Virus record (IMG/VR): IMGVR_UViG_3300022927_001927
Strand: one strand, 5' to 3'
Length of the DNA stretch: 64,000 bases
DNA from: an uncultured virus (IMG/VR IMGVR_UViG_3300022927_001927)
Taxonomy: Duplodnaviria; Heunggongvirae; Uroviricota; Caudoviricetes
Part shown: positions 59,201-64,000 of the stretch, piece by piece
Position numbering within the stretch: the stretch's first letter is position 1
Layout: every line of letters starts with the position of its first letter
Notes under the pieces: model-generated
Seen by the model: the letters and a program-made list of their open reading frames with translations, nothing else
Told to the model about the DNA's origin: nothing
Database searches by the model: none
Translations under genes and position numbers: made by a program

Positions 59201-59413
59201 CTTGCTGATAACTTCTTATCAACTGTTCAGAATGATGACGGTGTTTATGACTTCAGAAATATTATGGATGAAACCAATAATACACCAGAAGTTATTGATC
59301 AAAATGTTGGTATCTTAGATACTTATATTGAGCCGGTAAGAGGAATGGAAATACTCGTCCAAAGAACTACAATTCTTAAGACAGGTGCAATAAGCTCAGG
59401 TAACTTCCAATAA
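56204..59413 (+). CDS. Contractile tail sheath (gp18-like) with large insertion
   Basis: GFSKTGPFNTP, YYPY, VPP, AGVRRG, INVR, FEFN, DETNNT. Confidence 0.92.
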   Translation: MALDPKIASIKAAGTYRFEFDKSQVVSIPANQTRLIVGFSKTGPFNTPVFVPDTAFFKQVYGDIDRNLERKDSYFHRSCLAALERGPILALNLLNLDSNDKVEYIKFGTSSTPEVQNNSGAMGEYQKFYNRDKFFYPDSDAFLDNVGANRQVLSSTTTNDLLDMVNLGQNPISVIVRKASAANSAGFNVTVEEWYGAANVPGFLDKDSLVSDFLVDIFVIAGNFGGDFSSATPYERFDSDPIFQTYFDKTQGLKRRLFDSDATDTKIAEFFNESEVNVIATYTASLIPDFVDLLGNNLFVEKVVNANTASTGLFITVNEDLFSGDFLIDGVAGGIDLIGHNLEYTQATSIQDDVNFLSYSGAIVSDLSYNRAATVPNVITQSTGTLISATTVTSGDIQIQVQGTAGDSFFDSFANMTANSSTVVGTYIFDSVISKYVPVISHQVVGNTVTLLLSSVGGVTDTDFPTSGATYTYINESDFGFVADELPLANPTAGIIGSYGSMLYSQFANGTLTDGDEAVYLDGGTQYTSYLVFNAIDYGFIHVGTPTTAVDTVAISDPAYSLPSVQVLAYQEDAFNNLTPHAEFTLDGAGVFLNSDAVAYGANVFGIQTLKGANNLSIDILADSLTETALRPNQILIDAANPDAADVVVGNYLVHFEGSVNVPHSRLTRINVVQGGLTNSEYSTIPAGKTALLVTCQSEISTSTAGGVKKVELYYPIDAWVDYLNVFTLDGFKLDNTKHVPDGSNQRQNAILNGTLNGTNLFKALTDRDVINFRYVVDTFGNGIESGSKAIYTNLCSTRKNAFAILNAPSAKDFKANTDPTFLDATGTLSSRFISTGGDLSKNPTVRYSLPSQTQGASWGAFYYPYITVRDLGKNINVPPAAYISNNFIAKYENALPWSLVAGVRRGVVGGTGVVGLELNLGKEDREYLEPFGLNPIVFQSGTGPTIFANKTAQQTTKSALSSINVREVVIYIQDGIDAILKNYLFEFNTAQTRLEIKTLADNFLSTVQNDDGVYDFRNIMDETNNTPEVIDQNVGILDTYIEPVRGMEILVQRTTILKTGAISSGNFQ

Positions 59414-59451
59414 GAAAAGAAAGATGAATATATAAAAAAATAAGATAAGTT

Positions 59452-60012
59452 ATGCCATTACCACATTATACACAATCAAGGGCTAGCAGTCAGAGATATG
59501 AACCTATCCAACCTAATTTATTTGAGGTGACTGTGTTTACGCCACTAGGTGATGATACTGGATTAATCTTGGAACAGGTTAAAACAATCGGAGGATTAAA
59601 TAACCTTAACCCTTCTGTAGATGCAATAGGTCAGAAATATAAATTTGCTGATCGTTCGTTTGCAAGTATGCCAGGACAGACATTCATGGATCTCACTGTT
59701 AACTTCAGTTTGAACTTAAACGAAGCAAACGAAAACTACATTTACAATACCTTCCGTAACTGGTATAAATTAGTTTACGATCCATTGACTGGCGAAATGG
59801 GATTGAAGAAGGACTATGTTGGAAGTATGATTATTGTACAGTACAACAGAGCAGGTGATATTTTTAGAAAGATTACTTGTAAAGATGTATTCCCAACAGG
59901 ACAACCTGATTTTGTAGATGAATTGAGTTATGAAACTCCAGATGCTGTTGATTTAACAATGACTTATCGTTGTGATCATTGGGTTGAGGAGAACGTTGGT
60001 GCTGGAACCTAA
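59452..60012 (+). CDS. Tail tube protein (gp19-like)
   Basis: PNLFEV, WYKLVYDPLTG, KKDY, FPT; follows sheath. Confidence 0.85.
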   Translation: MPLPHYTQSRASSQRYEPIQPNLFEVTVFTPLGDDTGLILEQVKTIGGLNNLNPSVDAIGQKYKFADRSFASMPGQTFMDLTVNFSLNLNEANENYIYNTFRNWYKLVYDPLTGEMGLKKDYVGSMIIVQYNRAGDIFRKITCKDVFPTGQPDFVDELSYETPDAVDLTMTYRCDHWVEENVGAGT

Positions 60013-60030
60013 TTCAAATTAAACTTATAT

Positions 60031-60057
60031 AAAACTGGCCTTAGGGCCAGTTTTTTT
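60031..60057 (+). terminator. Intrinsic terminator
   Basis: aaaactggcc-ttag-ggccagtttt plus T run. Confidence 0.9.
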
Positions 60058-60100
60058 GTCATTACTCTAATATATAATATAGAATACATAATCTAAAATC

Positions 60101-60568
60101 ATGAAGATATTTAAAGTAAAAAATCAAACAGATGGGAAAGTTTATGTAGGTTATTCAGTTAATGACAATCCTAATAACTTAGGGTCTGGAAAATACATTA
60201 AGAGGGCGGTGAAGGATTTTGGTACAAAGTCTTTTACTAAAACCATTCTTGAAGAATTTGAAACAGACGAGTCATTAGGTCATATTATGGATAGGGTAGA
60301 GTTTTGGATTAAAAAATACAAAGCTGACAATCCTAAATATGGTTACAACGAAAGCGTACAGGAAATGATTCCACAAAAGAAAAGACTTACAAAAAAATTA
60401 CAAGTTCTTTTAACTCCTGAAGATGAAGATAACCTTAATACTATCATCATTCAAAAATCAATGGAAACAAAAACAAAACCGATGCCAGTTTCTAGGTATG
60501 TTAGACAACTTATTGTTGAGCATATAGTAGAGGAGACATCACCAGAAAAACAATTAACAAAAAATTAA
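60101..60568 (+). CDS. Degenerate GIY-YIG domain fused to ribbon-helix-helix-like C-terminus
   Basis: KIF...KVYVG, LGSG, GYN; C-terminal KLQVLLT...VSRYVRQLI. Confidence 0.65.
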   Translation: MKIFKVKNQTDGKVYVGYSVNDNPNNLGSGKYIKRAVKDFGTKSFTKTILEEFETDESLGHIMDRVEFWIKKYKADNPKYGYNESVQEMIPQKKRLTKKLQVLLTPEDEDNLNTIIIQKSMETKTKPMPVSRYVRQLIVEHIVEETSPEKQLTKN

Positions 60569-60575
60569 ATAAATT

Positions 60576-61580
60576 ATGAGTAGTCACGAAGACAACATTA
60601 AAAAAGAGTTTGAAGCAGCTGAAGGTATACAAGATACTGAAGCCACTGTTAAGACTAATGAGGATGGTGTAATTACTGAACTGGGTAAGGTTGATACCAC
60701 CAGGGGTAGTGGAATTACATCACCAGACGATCCTGAAATACAGAGAATTCAAGCTTTAGCAGGTTATGTAAAATTAGATTTAGGTAACTTCCCATCAAAA
60801 GGTAAATTCTATAGAGAAGATTTTGAAATTCATATTAGAGCCGCAAGAGTTGGTGAAATTAGAGAATTTTCTACATTGGATGAAGATAACATTTTAGATG
60901 TAGATGAAAAGTTAAATTCTATTCTTGTTAACTGTACTAAGATAATGTATGGTACACAAAGAGGTTCATATAGAGATGTTTTAGAAGAAGATAGAATCTT
61001 TTTAATTTTGGCAATCCGCGAATTAACATTTAAGAGCGGTGAAAATAAACTTATGATGCCAGTAGGTAAAAAGGCATGCCCAACTGGAGCATGTAAATCT
61101 CAGGATTCCGTAGAGCTTAAAACTACTAATCTTCAATTCCAAGAAGGGGACGAGTTACTAGAAAAGTATTACGATTATCAGAATAAGTGTTTTACTATTC
61201 CAACAAAAAAACATGGAGAGCTTACATTAGCACCGCCTACAATTGGTGTTATGCGAGCAATTACAACATGGATTAGAAAACGTGAAGAAGAAGGTAAATC
61301 TTGGGATAGGTCATCACTTACCATACTACCTTATATACAAAGAGAGTGGAGAGGTTTCAATGATAAAGAAATCTTTTCTGCAATAACAAATTTCCAAGGC
61401 TGGGATGCTAATAAATTTTCAATCATTTACAGACTTGTGGAAAAAGCGAAAATTGGAGTTAAACCTGAGTTTATCTATCCATGTGAATCTTGTGGTGCGG
61501 AGGTCACAGTTCCGCTTTCCTTTCCCGGCGGTGTCAAGGCTCTCTTTATTATTCAAGATATCACTTCTGAACTTCTTTAA
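60576..61580 (+). CDS. Baseplate hub / tail assembly protein (gp26-like)
   Basis: LPS-like FPSKGKFY, DRIFLILAIR, CPTGAC and CESC; lies before tape measure. Confidence 0.65.
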   Translation: MSSHEDNIKKEFEAAEGIQDTEATVKTNEDGVITELGKVDTTRGSGITSPDDPEIQRIQALAGYVKLDLGNFPSKGKFYREDFEIHIRAARVGEIREFSTLDEDNILDVDEKLNSILVNCTKIMYGTQRGSYRDVLEEDRIFLILAIRELTFKSGENKLMMPVGKKACPTGACKSQDSVELKTTNLQFQEGDELLEKYYDYQNKCFTIPTKKHGELTLAPPTIGVMRAITTWIRKREEEGKSWDRSSLTILPYIQREWRGFNDKEIFSAITNFQGWDANKFSIIYRLVEKAKIGVKPEFIYPCESCGAEVTVPLSFPGGVKALFIIQDITSELL

Positions 61581-61827
61581 GGTTAGAGTCTTATTATTGG
61601 AAAAGTTGCATCTCCAGCCATCTGAGCTGGATTTGCTTCCTTTCTATGAATATGAGTACACTCTTGAAATGTTTAATGACATAATGAAAGAGCGTAACGA
61701 TGATGAGCGCAAGCAACAGACGTCGTATGGGGATAAATATGATATGGGAGGTATGAAAAAACAGATGAAAAATATGTCATCATATAAAACTCCATCAATG
61801 CCGAAAATAAGCATGCCTAAGTTCTAA
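61521..61827 (+). CDS. gp51-like extension, probably expressed by +1 frameshift; start uncertain
   Basis: SLLNFFKVRVLL...SELDLLPFYEYE; no ATG between 61405 and 61669. Confidence 0.55.
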
Positions 61828-61837
61828 TAAATATAGT

Positions 61838-64000
61838 ATGGCAGCAGTAACCTTAAAAGACTTGATGAGCCCTCTATCTAAGATAGAGGCTTATTCAAAA
61901 GAAACCAGCGAAAGCGTTAAAAGAATTGAAGATTTTATCGTTAAGGGTATGGGTTCAACGGGTAGTGCTGATGCCACATCTGCTGCTATACTTTCGGTCT
62001 CACAACAACAGTTATCAGTATTACAAAATATTAGATCACTAATAGGCCAACATCTTGGTGTGGCAATAATGCATGAAGAAGGTGCTAGATCATTTGCAGG
62101 TGATAGTATAAGACAAGCAATAAGAGATAGAATTTTAGGTAATAGAGATTCTAAAAACTTAGAAATACTTGCAAAAAACGCTAATAATAAAAGCACAGGT
62201 AGCGATAAGACTACTAATAAGAAGAGTAGTGGAAAGATTGATGGCAAAGCCGCTTCAGCATTAAAGGATTTAGGATACGGCGCTTTACTTACAGGTAAGG
62301 CGATGTTAGTGTGGAGTATTGTTCCTAAAAGAGCTGTTAATAAATTCCTGGATTTTGTAGTTAACTCATTTGAAAGATTTGAATCCTTCAATACAAAGAA
62401 AGTACAGAAAGGGATTGATGCATTGGATTCTATGGGAGATGCTATTATAAAGTTTGCTGGAGGTTTGGCTTTAGCAACACCTCTTATCTTAATAGGTCTT
62501 GTAGGCTTACCTATTCTTATACCTACTCTGTTTATTATGGGCGGTGTCTTTTCTCTTCTTGGTAATAAAAAGTTTTCACAGAACATTAGAAAGGGTGCTA
62601 GATCTGTTGATAGAATGGGTGATGCTATTCTTTCCTTTGGTATTGGAATGGCTGCATTTGCTCTTACTACATACTTTATCCTTAAACAGCCTGCAATTTT
62701 GCTAGGAATGGTTTTATCATTAGTACTTATAGGTGGGGCTGTTGCTTTACTAGGTACCAAAGTAATGAGTAAAAAGGTAAGAAGAGGCTCTCTTAACTTA
62801 CTTATTATGGGGGCAGCCGTAGGTGTCTTTGGTATAGGGTATGGAATTTTTGCTGCCGCATTTCCTAAGAATGTAGGTTTTAAAGATGTTTTAATACAAG
62901 CTGCTGCTATAGCAGGTATAGGAATTGCTACTGCAATAGTAGGAAAATTTGGATTAACTAATATTGCATTAGGTGCATTATCATTAGCTCTTAACGGATT
63001 AGGATTGCTTGTATTTAACATGGGTTATGTTCCTTTTGCCGATGCAACTAAAGGAATGTCATTAGCAGATGTTGGAATACAAAGTGGTGTCCTATTAGCG
63101 GTAGGTGGTATAATGGCATTAGCAGGTCTTGCTGTTACGGCATCCGCTGGTGCTATATTATTAGGACCTGCTCTTTATGCTGCTGCTGGATGGTCATTAA
63201 CATTATTAGCACCAGGACTTGAGGCAATGAAGGATTTAGAATATTCTGAACAAGACTCTAAAGATCTCGCTACTACATTAGGTGCCGTTGCAATGGCATT
63301 CTCTGGTGTTGATCCTGAAGCTGGGGCTTTTGGAATGTTAAAAGGTTTATTTACTAGGGTAGTACAGAGTGGCGGTGGATTAGCTGCAGCTAAAATGTAT
63401 GCTGCTGCTGGTTCCGCATTACAAGAATTATCAAAAGGCTTAACTGATTTTAAAGCAGTCGGTTTTACAGAAGATGATTCAAAAGAATTAGCAATAGCAT
63501 TAGGATCTGTTAGTGGAGCATTTGCCCAAGCTGGCGGAGAACCTGCTAGCCCAGGTGGATTGTTTGGTGCAGTATTTGGAAATACATTTAGTCCTAATGC
63601 TACTGAACGTGGTATTGATTCAGTAATGGATTCAGGTAAGGCTCTAATGGAAATAACAAAAGGGCTTGCTTCATTCTTAGATCTTAAAAAGAAATACAAA
63701 TTAGACGGTGATGCATTTAAAGAAGGCGGTTATCTTAACACTGCTATAACTGAAACTCTAGGTTTCCTAAACTCTGCTTTTGCCGCAATCGGTACTAATG
63801 AAACGTCAGATTCTTGGGGAATATTTAGCTGGGACGAGAACAGTGTTGAAAAAGGTATTGATGCAGTTAAAGGATCAGGTAAAGCACTAAAAGACATAAC
63901 AGAAGGTCTTAAAGGATTTTTAGATCTTAAGAACAATTACGGGCTAACTTCTGAATCATTCATGGAAGGTGGGTTCTTATACACAGCCGTTACAGATTCA
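61838..64000 (+). CDS. Tape measure-like protein; 3'-truncated, not in ORF track
   Basis: MAAVTLKDLMSPL... open to the window end; Ala/Gly-rich, hydrophobic stretches, repeated KGIDAV/DS motifs. Confidence 0.8.
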   Translation, partial: MAAVTLKDLMSPLSKIEAYSKETSESVKRIEDFIVKGMGSTGSADATSAAILSVSQQQLSVLQNIRSLIGQHLGVAIMHEEGARSFAGDSIRQAIRDRILGNRDSKNLEILAKNANNKSTGSDKTTNKKSSGKIDGKAASALKDLGYGALLTGKAMLVWSIVPKRAVNKFLDFVVNSFERFESFNTKKVQKGIDALDSMGDAIIKFAGGLALATPLILIGLVGLPILIPTLFIMGGVFSLLGNKKFSQNIRKGARSVDRMGDAILSFGIGMAAFALTTYFILKQPAILLGMVLSLVLIGGAVALLGTKVMSKKVRRGSLNLLIMGAAVGVFGIGYGIFAAAFPKNVGFKDVLIQAAAIAGIGIATAIVGKFGLTNIALGALSLALNGLGLLVFNMGYVPFADATKGMSLADVGIQSGVLLAVGGIMALAGLAVTASAGAILLGPALYAAAGWSLTLLAPGLEAMKDLEYSEQDSKDLATTLGAVAMAFSGVDPEAGAFGMLKGLFTRVVQSGGGLAAAKMYAAAGSALQELSKGLTDFKAVGFTEDDSKELAIALGSVSGAFAQAGGEPASPGGLFGAVFGNTFSPNATERGIDSVMDSGKALMEITKGLASFLDLKKKYKLDGDAFKEGGYLNTAITETLGFLNSAFAAIGTNETSDSWGIFSWDENSVEKGIDAVKGSGKALKDITEGLKGFLDLKNNYGLTSESFMEGGFLYTAVTDS

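Noticed and set aside
1339..59318. Numerous short minus-strand and alternate-frame ORFs in the track
   Set aside because: They overlap well-supported + strand genes and show no motifs or leaders; only 46179..46973 is accepted on the minus strand.
61891..63936. Three long minus-strand ORFs
   Set aside because: Antisense shadows of the + strand tape measure ORF starting at 61838.
1..64000. Stop-codon reassignment as in some Bacteroidota phages
   Set aside because: Conserved genes are full length in the standard code, and TGA and TAG both act as stops (e.g. 2446, 17577).

Overview
This 64 kb window is a segment of a large, AT-rich T4-like (jumbo-type) myophage genome read in the standard genetic code, with all supported genes on + except one. 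A Bacteroidota host is inferred from a TAnnTTTG promoter, A-rich leaders without Shine-Dalgarno sequences, and an Hc1-family histone-like gene. In order, it contains: the end of a collagen-like fibre gene; small early ORFs; a Ro60/TROVE-like vWA protein followed by two tandem small RNAs with covarying terminal stems, their own promoter and a terminator (top finding); a phage sigma-70; a NEIL1-like glycosylase; a dCTPase/dUTPase; a family B DNA polymerase split into two genes 17 kb apart; NrdAB; a sugar-synthesis block (KdsA, PglF/D/E-like, GT2); a putative DNA-hypermodification operon (HAD, kinase, nucleotidyltransferase, BGT-like GT, epimerase, MTase, atypical C5-MTase, GT); T4-like replication/recombination genes (clamp, UvsX, helicase, gp47/46, clamp loader, RNase H); late sigma gp55; and head, packaging and tail genes up to a truncated tape measure gene. 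Three promoter classes can be read directly from the intergenic DNA. All product calls come from motif recognition by eye, not database searches.
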